Notes: a model not told the origin generated them from the sequence alone. Numbered from the stretch's first letter, positions 48,465 to 58,375 are shown. The stretch is DNA of 64,000 nt from Acidobacteriaceae bacterium (GCA_003142015.1 PLOI01000133.1:10261-74260), one strand, 5' to 3'. Made by a program: numbers and translations.

Positions 48465-48728
48465 TTACTGAGTCTTGCGAAAGTTGATCGTCTCGCCGTC
48501 CAGTTGGTACTCGGCAGAGCAGAGGTCTCCGCCGCAGATCATCGGTTCGCCGCCGCACAGTTGGCGGCGCGTGATCAGTCCGATGGTCGCGCAGCGCGGA
48601 CAAGACATGACGGCCACAAACGGATTTTGCGCATGACCAAGATTCGACTGGTTGGCCAGCACAAATACCGTTCCAGGGTCCATTTTTTCGGGAATCCATT
48701 CTTCCAGAAACTGCAAATCGGCTGACAT
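48465..48728 (-). CDS. Small Cys-rich hypothetical protein
   Basis: GGAGGG RBS; CPRC...C...CGGDLC. Confidence 0.7.
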   Translation of the reverse strand: MSADLQFLEEWIPEKMDPGTVFVLANQSNLGHAQNPFVAVMSCPRCATIGLITRRQLCGGEPMICGGDLCSAEYQLDGETINFRKTQ

Positions 48729-48942
48729 GCTGCCCTCCGGTTGGTTGAGGTAACAGCGCCGTACCGATTAATGCGGCCGGCTCTGTTTTGCAACAACAAG
48801 CAGACTGCGAATGGCATCTCGGAGGCTTGGATTCCTCCGCTCTCAAACCAGTGTGTGTGCAAAGGACCGTAGAAGTCAAATGGAATAGCAGGCAGGAAGT
48901 ATCGAAGCGGGTTCCCGGACGCTCGCGCAGATGATCATCTGC

Positions 48943-49002
48943 GGGTGCCCCACCCTCGCCGCGTCCTTGTTTTTGCGGCTAGGGTGGGAAACCACGAGCC
49001 TC
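48943..49002 (+). repeat. REP-like hairpin, copy 3
   Basis: GGGTGC-cccaccctcgccgc-[T-rich loop]-gcggctagggtggg-AAACCACGAGCC. Confidence 0.8.
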
Positions 49003-49026
49003 AATCAGTTTTGTTCATGACGAGTT

Positions 49027-51486
49027 CTATCGCCCCGCCCCCGTTGCCGCCTTGTCCTGTGAGGCGGCAAACGCGTCGATAGCCTTATACGTTGCGATGT
49101 CGCGCAGGATACTCTCCACATAAATCCGGGTCTCGGAGAAGGGAATCGATTCGACAAACTCGTCGATGTCCTGGCTGTGTTCGCCGGACCGCCAGTCGGT
49201 CACCCGTTCATCGCCGGCATTGTAAGCGGCCAGGGCGTACTCCTTCACCCCGCCAAATTTGTTCAGAGTCTGCCGCAGGTAACGAGTTCCGAGACGAATG
49301 TTGGTGGCCGGATCGAGCAGTTGAAAGGTCTCGAAGTGCTTTATTCCCTCCTCGCGCGCCATTGATTTGCCCACCGCAGGCAGCAACTGCATCAGCCCAT
49401 AGGCGTTGGCGGGGGAGATAGCCGAAGGGTTGAACTCCGACTCCTGGCGAATCAGCGCGGCCACGAGATACGGATCAAGATTATTCTTCGCCGACTCAGC
49501 CACGATCGTGTCCCACCACGGCTCCGGGAAAAGAATCCGCCAGTAGGGCAGCGGGATGGACTTGATGGAGGCCGTGGTGGCAGACGGCAAAGCGCGCCTC
49601 AGCGCTCTCAGGGCACGGAAGTGCTCGCCATAGGAGGCATAGATCTGCCCCTCTGCGAGCGCGCTCCATGAGGATGAATCCGGATCGGCGGCAATCTCCT
49701 GCGCGATGTAGTCGTTCAGGCCCGCGTTGGCCAGTAGTCTGGCCTTGGCCAGGTGGGGGCTGTCGACGGGAAAGCTTTCCTCGAGCGCCGGTACGGGCTG
49801 GGCTTGAAAGCGATCCAGTTGCGCTTGCTGCGCGGGTTGGTCCGCCGGCGGAGCATCACCCATCGCGGCCAGCCGTTGCTGGGCCATCTGGGCATAGAAG
49901 AAGCGCTGATACGCGCGGATCAATGCGCGGTAGTCGGCTGCGGCCTGGGCCGGCTTGTGGTCCTGCGTCTCATAGAGGCGTCCGCGCCAGTAAAGAGCCG
50001 ACACCGTTTCTGCAGCACCGGGATAGAGCCGGATCTGCTCGTCGAACAGCCGCGCCGCATCGGGGTATAGCCCCTGCCGGTAGGTGAGCCAGCTTGCCCG
50101 CCAGTGCGCCGTGGCCGCGTGCTTGCTGGCTGGGAAGCGTGTAGCCAGATCGCCATAATACCCAGCTGCTGTTGCATAGTCGCGCCGCAACAGGTAGGTA
50201 TTGCCAGTGGAGTAAAGCGCCTCGGCCAGCCACTGGCTTTGGGGAAATCTCGACTCCATTTCAACCACGATGCTCTTCTGCTCGTCCAGGTCGTCGCTGT
50301 TTCTGGCCAGCTCCGCCAGCAGGTAGAGCCGGCGCGCGCCGTCTTCGTCATTTGAATCAGGCATCAATCTGGCCTGGGCCATGGTCAGCCGCTTCAGCTT
50401 CAGATCACAGGCAGCCGCGGACACGGCAAAGCCGTTACGGCTCACGGCGTCGAGACTCGGCTGGCGGGCCAGCGCGCGGTATTGCACGCTTGCGTCGGCA
50501 TAACGGCCCGCGTTGTAGTAGGCATCGCCCAAGCTGTGCAGCTCAGCTGTGGTCAGGCTGCTCTCCGCGCCCATTGCGGTTAGTTTTGTCCACGCAATCT
50601 GCGCCTCCGGACTCAAGGGGTGGGCCAGCAAAAGCCTCTTGTAAAGCCCCTCGGCCGTCTCGGCCTTCCCCAGCATGAACGCAACCTGCCCTTCTGCAAG
50701 CTGATAGCCGGGACAGTCGGCCGCCGCAGTATCGGCGGCCGCAGTCAGCACCCGCTGCGCGCCGGCCGCGTCATTCGTCGCCAGCAGCGTGCTGGCTTCC
50801 AGCTCCGGCGCCTGGTCAACGAAGATGCTGTCGGGATACCGCTCCGGAAACCCGCGCAGCGATGCCTCGGCAGCCGCATCATTGCCAGCCTCGTGATTGG
50901 CGCGCGCGGAGAGAAAATCCGCGTAGTCGGCCAGCTCCTCGCCCGCCTGCCGCGCCTGGCCGAAGCTCGCGACCGCATCGGCGTAGCGCTTGTCCAGCAG
51001 GTACGCGTGGCCCAATGCGAGATAAGCCGCCGCCGCGGCCTCGCCTGTGTGCCGATGCGCATATTGGGTCACGCCCGCATAAGCCGCCGGAGTGCGCAGC
51101 GTGGCCAGTTGCTGGGCCATGGGGCGCAACTCGGTCGAAGCCACAAAGGCCAGCTTGATCCTCGCCGTCCGCGCCCTCCGCACCGCCCTGCTCGCCTGTT
51201 GATGGTGCCTGCGGGGCCTCTTGCCGGCCGTATGGGCCGTGGGCTTCGTGCCGGTTTTGGCCGTCGAGCTTGCGGCGTTCGCCGGCGTCTTCGTCTTTTG
51301 CCTGGGCTTGGCCGTCGGCTTAGGTGGCGCTTTGTGCGTCTTGGCGGAAGCCGAGCCGGCTGGTGCCGTTGCCTGCGCACCAGCAGATCGCGCCGCCGGC
51401 AGCGCCATCATCAGCAACGAAAGCAGAACAACCATCCAGCCGGAAGCCGGCCGCGCAACAGGAATTGGGGAAGAAATGGCCCTCAT
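49027..51486 (-). CDS. Soluble lytic transglycosylase (Slt70-like, TPR plus SLT domain)
   Basis: IRQESEF, AYGLMQL, AAYNAG, ESIPFSETRIYV; signal peptide and TPR-like helices. Confidence 0.92.
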   Translation of the reverse strand: MRAISSPIPVARPASGWMVVLLSLLMMALPAARSAGAQATAPAGSASAKTHKAPPKPTAKPRQKTKTPANAASSTAKTGTKPTAHTAGKRPRRHHQQASRAVRRARTARIKLAFVASTELRPMAQQLATLRTPAAYAGVTQYAHRHTGEAAAAAYLALGHAYLLDKRYADAVASFGQARQAGEELADYADFLSARANHEAGNDAAAEASLRGFPERYPDSIFVDQAPELEASTLLATNDAAGAQRVLTAAADTAAADCPGYQLAEGQVAFMLGKAETAEGLYKRLLLAHPLSPEAQIAWTKLTAMGAESSLTTAELHSLGDAYYNAGRYADASVQYRALARQPSLDAVSRNGFAVSAAACDLKLKRLTMAQARLMPDSNDEDGARRLYLLAELARNSDDLDEQKSIVVEMESRFPQSQWLAEALYSTGNTYLLRRDYATAAGYYGDLATRFPASKHAATAHWRASWLTYRQGLYPDAARLFDEQIRLYPGAAETVSALYWRGRLYETQDHKPAQAAADYRALIRAYQRFFYAQMAQQRLAAMGDAPPADQPAQQAQLDRFQAQPVPALEESFPVDSPHLAKARLLANAGLNDYIAQEIAADPDSSSWSALAEGQIYASYGEHFRALRALRRALPSATTASIKSIPLPYWRILFPEPWWDTIVAESAKNNLDPYLVAALIRQESEFNPSAISPANAYGLMQLLPAVGKSMAREEGIKHFETFQLLDPATNIRLGTRYLRQTLNKFGGVKEYALAAYNAGDERVTDWRSGEHSQDIDEFVESIPFSETRIYVESILRDIATYKAIDAFAASQDKAATGAGR

Positions 51487-51701
51487 ATCCTTACTTTAAG
51501 CTGTTTCCGCACAGCGCGCTGCAACCGGGTACCACTCCCGTTACCACAAAGACCGTAAAGCGGAACGCTCCGCCAGCGCGAAGATTGCCGGAGCCGCGCG
51601 TCTTCCGCTTGGCCCTTGGCCCCGCCGTCCGGTACACTCTTTCTGACGGACCCCCGCAAGCAACCCCAACGGGTCCTGCGGATTTTTCGCAACCAACGCC
51701 C

Positions 51702-52343
51702 ATGCCGACCATCCAATCGATAGCAGGACAACTCGAGCCGCATCCAGATGTAGCCCTGGTCGCAAGGGTGCGCGACGGCGATGTCTCGGCCTACGATACG
51801 CTGGTCCGCAAGTACGAGCGCCAGCTCTTTCGCATCGCCCAGCACATCACGCAGAATCGCGAGGATGCCGAAGACGTTATGCAGGACGCGTTCCTGAAGG
51901 CGTACGAAAAGCTTGAGCAGTTTCAAGGAAATTCGAAGTTTTATACCTGGCTGGTGCGGATTGCGGTGAACGAAAGCCTGATGCGCCTGCGCAAGCGGCG
52001 CACCGGCAGGATGGTTTCGATTGACGAAGACATCGAGACCGACGAGGGCAGCGTTCCGCGCGACCTGGCCGACTGGGCGCCGGACCCGGAACAGAACTAC
52101 GGCCAGGCCGAGTTGGCCGAGATTCTGCGCAAGACCATCCAGGGGCTGCCGCCGGGGTTTCGTATCGTGTTCGTGCTGCGGGATGTGGAAGGACTTTCGA
52201 CCGAAGAGACGGCAGAGACGCTGGGGCTGAGCGTTCCCGCCGTGAAGTCGCGCCTATTGCGCGCAAGGTTGCAACTGCGTGAGCGTCTGAGCCGCTACTT
52301 CCATAAGAAAAAGGGGCTCATGGAAACGGGGATTGTAAAGTGA
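51702..52343 (+). CDS. ECF sigma-70 factor
   Basis: DAEDVMQDAFLKAY, FYTWLVRIAVN, AVKSRLLRAR; start approximate. Confidence 0.92.
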   Translation: MPTIQSIAGQLEPHPDVALVARVRDGDVSAYDTLVRKYERQLFRIAQHITQNREDAEDVMQDAFLKAYEKLEQFQGNSKFYTWLVRIAVNESLMRLRKRRTGRMVSIDEDIETDEGSVPRDLADWAPDPEQNYGQAELAEILRKTIQGLPPGFRIVFVLRDVEGLSTEETAETLGLSVPAVKSRLLRARLQLRERLSRYFHKKKGLMETGIVK

Positions 52344-52576
52344 CCTGCAAAGACTTTCTCGCACTTCTCGACGACCTGATCGACGACGAGGTGTCCCCCA
52401 ATATGCGCACCGAGTTGCAAACCCATCTGGGCCGTTGCGGACACTGCGAGGTCGTCCTCAATACCACCCGCAAGACCATCGAAATCTACCGCTCCCACGA
52501 AATCTACGACTTGCCCACCGATTTGCGTGAACGACTCCACGCCGCCATCATGTCCCGATGCAAGAAGGGCTGCTGA
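52340..52576 (+). CDS. Soluble zinc-finger (zf-HC2) anti-sigma factor
   Basis: MTC...HLGRCGHC, no TM segment, GTGA overlap with the sigma gene. Confidence 0.88.
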   Translation: MTCKDFLALLDDLIDDEVSPNMRTELQTHLGRCGHCEVVLNTTRKTIEIYRSHEIYDLPTDLRERLHAAIMSRCKKGC

Positions 52577-52614
52577 ACGTCCATCCGTTTGCCATTCCCG
52601 CTCACAACTGCGCC

Positions 52615-52670
52615 GTGCCCCATCCTTGCGACGTTTTTGTTTTTGTCGCAAGGGTGGGATACCACGAACC
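52615..52670 (+). repeat. REP-like hairpin, copy 4
   Basis: GTGC-cccatccttgcgac-[T-rich loop]-gtcgcaagggtggg-ATACCACGAACC. Confidence 0.8.
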
Positions 52671-52731
52671 CACACCAGCATTTCGATTTGGTGGCCCTCC
52701 CCCTGCCGCATGATTTACCCTCAGAATCGGT

Positions 52732-53430
52732 ATGAAATTCAGCTACTCACTTCTCGTTCCCGCTCTGGCCACGGCCTTTGCCGCTGCGGCTTACGCCCAA
52801 ACCTCCGCCAAACCGGCTGACGACCTTCCCGACGCGCCCGCGGCCACCGTAGCAGCCATGACCCGTCCCAACGGCCCCACCGTGGTGATGGACACCTCCA
52901 TGGGGCGCATCACCTGCCAGTTTTTCCAGCACCAGGCACCCAAAGCTGTGGCCAACTTCATTGCCCTGGCCGAAGGCACCAGAGACTGGACCGACCCCGT
53001 TACCAACAAAAAGCAGCACAACAAGCCGCTCTACAACGGCACTATCTTCCATCGCGTAATTCCCGAGTTCATGATTCAGGGCGGTGACCCCGCAGGCACG
53101 GGCATGGGCGACCCCGGCTATCAATTTGATGATGAGATCGATCCCAATCTGAACTTCGACGTGCCCGGCCGTATGGCCATGGCCAACTCCGGCCCCAACA
53201 CCAACGGCAGCCAATTCTTCATCACCGAAGCGGCCTACGATTCGCTCGACCAGCACTACACCCTCTTCGGCCAGTGCGACGACGCCAGCGTCGAAGTGGT
53301 CAAGGCCATTGCCCGTGTTCCGCGCAATAGCGACGACAAGCCAATCACGCCGGTAGTGCTGAAGAAGGTGACCATCGTGCGCGAGGGCCAGCCGCTGCCG
53401 CCCGCACCAAACGCCGCGCCCACGCAGTAG
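52732..53430 (+). CDS. Cyclophilin-type PPIase, exported
   Basis: Signal peptide; FHRVIPEFMIQGGD, MANSGPNTNGSQFFIT. Confidence 0.94.
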   Translation: MKFSYSLLVPALATAFAAAAYAQTSAKPADDLPDAPAATVAAMTRPNGPTVVMDTSMGRITCQFFQHQAPKAVANFIALAEGTRDWTDPVTNKKQHNKPLYNGTIFHRVIPEFMIQGGDPAGTGMGDPGYQFDDEIDPNLNFDVPGRMAMANSGPNTNGSQFFITEAAYDSLDQHYTLFGQCDDASVEVVKAIARVPRNSDDKPITPVVLKKVTIVREGQPLPPAPNAAPTQ

Positions 53431-53455
53431 TCTTCTTCATTTGATCCAACAAGCC

Positions 53456-53499
53456 GGGTGTCCCAGGTCCGGATTTTCGGACCTGGGAGTCCGCAAACC
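53456..53499 (+). repeat. REP-like hairpin, short subtype, copy 5
   Basis: GGGTGT-cccaggtccg-gatttt-cggacctggg-AGTCCGCAAACC. Confidence 0.78.
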
Positions 53500-53512
53500 A
53501 CAGGAGCTTTAC

Positions 53513-54043
53513 ATGCCACTCGCAGCAGGAACCTACGCCGTCTTCACCACCACCGAAGGCAAGATCACCGTCCGGCTTTTTGAGTCCGATGCGCCCATCA
53601 CCGTCAAGAACTTCATCGAGTTGGCCGAGGGCGCCAAGGAGTGGACCCACCCCACCACCCACAAGAAGTCCACTGACAAGCTCTTCCACGGCACCATCTT
53701 CCACCGCGTGATTCCCGACTTCATGATCCAGGGCGGCGACCCCACGGGCACCGGCATGGGCGGACCAGGCTATCGCTTCCAGGACGAGACCAAAGGCTCG
53801 CCGCACAGGTTCGACAAGGCGGGCAAGCTGGCCATGGCTAACAGCGGCCCCGGCACCAACGGCTGCCAATTCTTCATCACCGTCGCCCCCACTCCCCACC
53901 TCACCGGCAACCACACCATCTTCGGCGAAGTCGTCGAGGGTCAGGAGATCGTCACTAAAATCTCGTTGGTTCCACGCGGCGGCCAGGACAAGCCCAAGAC
54001 GCCTGTGGTGCTGGAATCCGTCGTCATCGAGCGCGTCGGTTGA
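53513..54043 (+). CDS. Cyclophilin-type PPIase, cytoplasmic
   Basis: FHRVIPDFMIQGGD, MANSGPGTNGCQFFIT; ATG 53513 behind AGGAG. Confidence 0.94.
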   Translation: MPLAAGTYAVFTTTEGKITVRLFESDAPITVKNFIELAEGAKEWTHPTTHKKSTDKLFHGTIFHRVIPDFMIQGGDPTGTGMGGPGYRFQDETKGSPHRFDKAGKLAMANSGPGTNGCQFFITVAPTPHLTGNHTIFGEVVEGQEIVTKISLVPRGGQDKPKTPVVLESVVIERVG

Positions 54044-54118
54044 AGTTCTTTCACGGTTACTGAACCTTGGGAAACCACAAACCTCTACCACCCGGTGTCT
54101 TCCCATCCTCACAACCCT

Positions 54119-54163
54119 GGGTGCCCCAGGTCCCGATTTTGGGACCTGGGAAGCCACAGACCC
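54119..54163 (+). repeat. REP-like hairpin, short subtype, copy 6 (an isolated 3' tail also lies at 54067-54085)
   Basis: GGGTGC-cccaggtccc-gatttt-gggacctggg-AAGCCACAGACC. Confidence 0.78.
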
Positions 54164-54258
54164 TATGCGTGAAGCGCGGCTGCCCCACCGCAGGTGGCTT
54201 GCGGATAATTCCCCATCCGGCGCGCAGAATCAAAACATGAGATTGCACTCCAGCTAGC

Positions 54259-54286
54259 CCCTGATCCCTGATCCCTGATCCCTGTT
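54259..54286. repeat. Heptamer tandem repeat (CCCTGAT)x3 plus one variant unit
   Basis: ccctgat ccctgat ccctgat ccctgtt. Confidence 0.85.
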
Positions 54287-54539
54287 CTGCCGTACCCCAC
54301 CCCCTTAGGCTATGGAGGCCATCTTTTGACCTTTCCATTGTTTATAACTTGCATGAAATCAATTGCTTGTAACTTTTTCCCATTGACTGATTGGTAACTT
54401 CAAACCCTCGATTTTGCTCATTTTTTGACAAATATGTAGCCGTTTTGAGCCAAAAAGGAGCCGAATTTAACCCGGGACGGCCGCTTTTTCGCCGTCAGGA
54501 CAGGCTCATGTTAAAGTGAGCGGCAGCCAGGGAGCATCG

Positions 54540-56039
54540 ATGAAGCACGATCTTGCAGCCTCTATTTCCGGCATCACCGCTAAGCGGCGGATCGCTTTGC
54601 TTTGCTTTTTTTTAATCGCTGGCACTGCTCTTTCGCAGAACGGCCAGTCTGTCGCGGCGAATCAAAGACAACCGAAGGTAACCGTCCCCGTGCTCCTCGT
54701 CAGCGACATTCACTTCGAGCCGTTTTGGGATCCGGCAAAAGTTCCGCAACTCGCCGCCGCGCCGGTGAGCGAGTGGAATCTCATCCTTTCCGCGCCGTCA
54801 TCTCCCGATCAGCAGCAACGTTTTGCGTCATTGCAGCAAGCCTGTCATGCCCGCGGAGCCGACACTTCCTTTGCGCTCTTCGACTCCAGCGTGAAGGCCA
54901 TGCGCAGCCACGCTGCCGGCGCAAAGTTCGTCGCCATGAGCGGCGATCTCATCTCCCACGCATTTCAATGCAAATTCACCACGCTGTTCCCTGACTCCAC
55001 GACAGCCGCCTACACGGCGTTCGTCGAGAAAACGCTGGACTATGTGATAAACGAGTTAGATAAATCCTTTCCCAATCTTCCCGTCTATGTAGCTATGGGG
55101 AACAACGACTCCGATTGCGGCGACTACCGGCTCGATGCCCACAGCGATTTTCTTCGAGTTACCGGCAAGGAAGTCACCAGGAACTTTCCCGCATCCGAGC
55201 GCCCGGCCGCTGAAGAGAGCTTCGCAGCCGGAGGCTATTACAGCGTCACTCTGCCCGCACCCATCGAGAATACGCGGCTACTGGTTCTGAACGATATCTT
55301 CATGTCGAGCAACTACGCCACCTGCGCGGGCAAACCCGATCCTGGCGCGGCAGAATCACAGCTTATCTGGCTCCGTCAGCAACTCGCCGAGGCCCGCGCC
55401 AATAAACAAAAAATCTGGGTCATGGGCCACATTCCGCCGGGAGTTGATCTGTACTCAACAGCTTCACGAATGGTGGATGTTTGCGGCGGACGGAGTCCCG
55501 TGATGTTTCTGGCATCGGAGAAACTAGCGGACGTGTTAGCAGAGTATGGCGATGTAGTCGAGTTAGCTATCTTCGCGCACACGCACATGGATGAACTGCG
55601 CCTTCTGAAGGCCGAGGGCCAGGGTGCGTCAGCAGGGAAGGGCGTCGCGGTCAAGTTAATTCCGTCCATCTCGCCCATCCACGGAAATCATCCGTCTATA
55701 ACTCTCGCCCAGGTCGATCCCTCAACGGCCGCGCTGGTGGACTACAAGGTATTCGCCGTGTCGAATCAGACCGGCGTTGATGCCAAATGGGATGAAGAAT
55801 ACGATTTCGCGCGCAGCTTCCACCAAGCGGAATTTACATCGTCTTCCGTAAGTCAGCTCATCGCCCGATTTGCAGCGGACCCCGTCGCGAAGGTCCAGAC
55901 CAGCCAGAGTTACATAGAAAATTTTTCGGTTGGTTGCGCTTCACCCCTGCTTCGACTGGCTTGGCCGCAGTATGTTTGCACGCTGTCAAATTACACAGCG
56001 GAATCATTCAGATCGTGCGCCTGTCCTGCCCGGCCGTGA
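54540..56039 (+). CDS. Exported metallophosphoesterase, acid-sphingomyelinase-like
   Basis: SDIH, SGDLISH, GNND, GHIPPG, AHTH, PSISP..GNHP; signal peptide. Confidence 0.82.
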   Translation: MKHDLAASISGITAKRRIALLCFFLIAGTALSQNGQSVAANQRQPKVTVPVLLVSDIHFEPFWDPAKVPQLAAAPVSEWNLILSAPSSPDQQQRFASLQQACHARGADTSFALFDSSVKAMRSHAAGAKFVAMSGDLISHAFQCKFTTLFPDSTTAAYTAFVEKTLDYVINELDKSFPNLPVYVAMGNNDSDCGDYRLDAHSDFLRVTGKEVTRNFPASERPAAEESFAAGGYYSVTLPAPIENTRLLVLNDIFMSSNYATCAGKPDPGAAESQLIWLRQQLAEARANKQKIWVMGHIPPGVDLYSTASRMVDVCGGRSPVMFLASEKLADVLAEYGDVVELAIFAHTHMDELRLLKAEGQGASAGKGVAVKLIPSISPIHGNHPSITLAQVDPSTAALVDYKVFAVSNQTGVDAKWDEEYDFARSFHQAEFTSSSVSQLIARFAADPVAKVQTSQSYIENFSVGCASPLLRLAWPQYVCTLSNYTAESFRSCACPARP

Positions 56040-56070
56040 ATGGGCCGACTCGGCGATAAGTCGAATCTCC

Positions 56071-58128
56071 CTACTCCGTCGTGCCGCATAGCCCTAGAAT
56101 GGCCTCGCCAAATCGTTCGACCTTGGCCGGCCCCATCCCACTGATTTCCAATAACTGCTTAGGATTGACCGGTCGCGCCTGTGCCACAGCCGCCAGCGTT
56201 CGGTCGTGCAGCACCATGAAGGCCGGTAAACCCAGCCGTTTTGCCTCAATCGCGCGCCATTCCTTCAACTGCGCCGCCAGAGCTTCTCCAGCCGCTGTCA
56301 GTTTGATCGGGCTAGAGTCCTCAGCCTTCGCGCTCGTTGCCTTTACTCGCTTCGCGGCCGCCGGCCGTCTTCCGAACTCCTCCACCACTCCATCGCTGAT
56401 CAGCAACTCGACCGGTGAACTCGCTCGCAATTCCAGCCCGGACTCGGTCAGCCGCACTTTGCGATAGCGCCTTACCTCTCCGTCCTTCTCGTACTCAGCC
56501 TCTTCAATCTCGATAAGCCCGGCCCGCGTCATCGCGTTCAACAGCCCGTCAAACTCGCTCCGGCTCATTTTGCCGGCATGGTCGAGATTGCGTTGCAGCG
56601 CTCCTGCCGCTTTGTAATCCACTGTCCGCAACTCATCGGCAATCGCTTGCATCAATTCCCGCTCGGCCGCCGTGGGACGCCGAAACTGCCTCAGCACCGC
56701 TCCCGCCGGATCGCACACATCGCAGATTCCGCATGGCCGGCTGGCGTCTTCCACATCGCCAAAGTGCCGCACCAGCGCCCCCATCCGGCACTCGGTAGAA
56801 GTGGTGAACCGGAGCACTTTCTCGAACTGCTCGGCGCGATACTGCGCCTGTACCGCGTAAGTCTTCTTCCATCCCGGACCGCCGGCGGTTACATTGCCGC
56901 CAAAATCCACCAGCGCCCCGCCGTGAATCGCCAGCTTCTCGAGAGCTTTGTCGAATTCTTCCTCACCAAGTTTTGACGCCGCGCGCAGTTCGTCCACGGG
57001 TTGAGAGTTCTCACCAAGAGCGCGAAAAACCTGCTGCAAATGGTCCACTGGCGGATAGTCGCGGTTCAGGAAAAAATCGCGCATTCGCTGGTCGGCATAG
57101 CTGTGCATCAGATAGGTCCGGCTCTGCTCCCCATCGCGTCCGGCGCGGCCAATCTCCTGGTAATAGCCTTCGAGCGTGGCCGGCAGCCCGGCGTGAATCA
57201 CGGTGCGAATGTTGGCCTTGTCGATGCCCATGCCGAAGGCGATCGTCGCCACCACCACTTCCAACTTACCGGCCTGGAATGCGGTCTGCACACGCTCTCG
57301 CGTGGCCGCGTCAAGCCCCGCATGATAAGCCGCCGCCGGAATCCTGCCGGCCTTATTTGTTTTGGTTGCCGACAACTCCCCGGCCAACATCTCGGCCCCC
57401 TTGCGCGAGGTGGCATACACAATGGCCGGCCGCCGTGCAGCATCAGCCAACAAGCCGCAGATCGCTCCCGGCCGCTCCGGCATGGGAAGCTCCACCACCT
57501 CAATCGCCAGATTGTCTCTCCGGAAGCCGTGAATGAACTTTGCCGGCTTGACCATCCCCAATTGCGTCAGGATGTCGGCCTGGACTGAAGGAGTGGCTGT
57601 GGCAGTGAGCGCCAGCACCGGCGCAGGCCTCAGCGCGGGAAGGTACTGCCCGATCATCCGGTAGTCGGGCCGGAAGTCATGTCCCCACTGCGAAATGCAA
57701 TGCGCCTCGTCAATGGCGATCAGCGCAGGTTTGCGCTTGGCCAGCATTTCTCCAAAGCCCGGCACACGCAGCCGCTCCGGCGCAATGAACAAGAATTGCA
57801 AGCTCCCATTCAGATAATCCACGCAAGCCTGCCGCGCCACGGTTCTGTCGAGGCCAGAGTGAATCCGCCCCACGCGCAGGCCCAGCGCCGTGAGCTTGGC
57901 CGCCTGGTCTTCCATCAGCGCAATCAAGGGCGAGATCACCAGCGCCGTGCCTCCCAAGGCGAGCGCAGGCAACTGGTAGCAGAGCGACTTGCCAAACCCC
58001 GTCGGCATCACCAGCAGCAGGTCGCGCCCGTCGATTGCCGCGCGGCAGACCGCCTCCTGATTTGCCCGGAACCGAGCAAATCCGAAGACAGAGCGCAACA
58101 GCTCCGCAAGCTCAACCGGTTCGGCCAT
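56071..58128 (-). CDS. recQ: RecQ-family helicase with HRDC domain
   Basis: FRANQE, PTGFGKSLCYQ, DEAHCISQWGHDFRP, QEIGRAGRDG, CGICDVC, C-terminal HRDC. Confidence 0.92.
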   Translation of the reverse strand: MAEPVELAELLRSVFGFARFRANQEAVCRAAIDGRDLLLVMPTGFGKSLCYQLPALALGGTALVISPLIALMEDQAAKLTALGLRVGRIHSGLDRTVARQACVDYLNGSLQFLFIAPERLRVPGFGEMLAKRKPALIAIDEAHCISQWGHDFRPDYRMIGQYLPALRPAPVLALTATATPSVQADILTQLGMVKPAKFIHGFRRDNLAIEVVELPMPERPGAICGLLADAARRPAIVYATSRKGAEMLAGELSATKTNKAGRIPAAAYHAGLDAATRERVQTAFQAGKLEVVVATIAFGMGIDKANIRTVIHAGLPATLEGYYQEIGRAGRDGEQSRTYLMHSYADQRMRDFFLNRDYPPVDHLQQVFRALGENSQPVDELRAASKLGEEEFDKALEKLAIHGGALVDFGGNVTAGGPGWKKTYAVQAQYRAEQFEKVLRFTTSTECRMGALVRHFGDVEDASRPCGICDVCDPAGAVLRQFRRPTAAERELMQAIADELRTVDYKAAGALQRNLDHAGKMSRSEFDGLLNAMTRAGLIEIEEAEYEKDGEVRRYRKVRLTESGLELRASSPVELLISDGVVEEFGRRPAAAKRVKATSAKAEDSSPIKLTAAGEALAAQLKEWRAIEAKRLGLPAFMVLHDRTLAAVAQARPVNPKQLLEISGMGPAKVERFGEAILGLCGTTE

Positions 58129-58375
58129 CGCATTCGAATTGTGAAGAGTCGTCAAAAGGGAGAACGTCCGAGGCGCAAAGATGCAAGAATGTTCGAAGCA
58201 CTTCTTTCAACTTTACAGGAGGAAGGGTCTCGCCCGCGCATGCGGCGAATGGGAAGCAGTTTTTTGGATAATCAAGACAAAACAGTGACATCTTCGAGCG
58301 CAATGTGTTGAACCCTGATAGCATTTTCCGAGTCCAATCAGAGTGGCGCCGGTACAGGAACACAAAGGAGCAGGC

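Noticed and set aside
53441-53512. N-terminal extension of the second cyclophilin
   Set aside because: It is a translated REP hairpin; ATG 53513 has its own RBS.
27867-54163. CRISPR interpretation of the repeats
   Set aside because: Copies are dispersed, not regularly spaced, and no cas genes are present.
57985-58010. RecQ Walker A reading GFGKS
   Set aside because: The substitution is at a variable position; the GKS core is intact.
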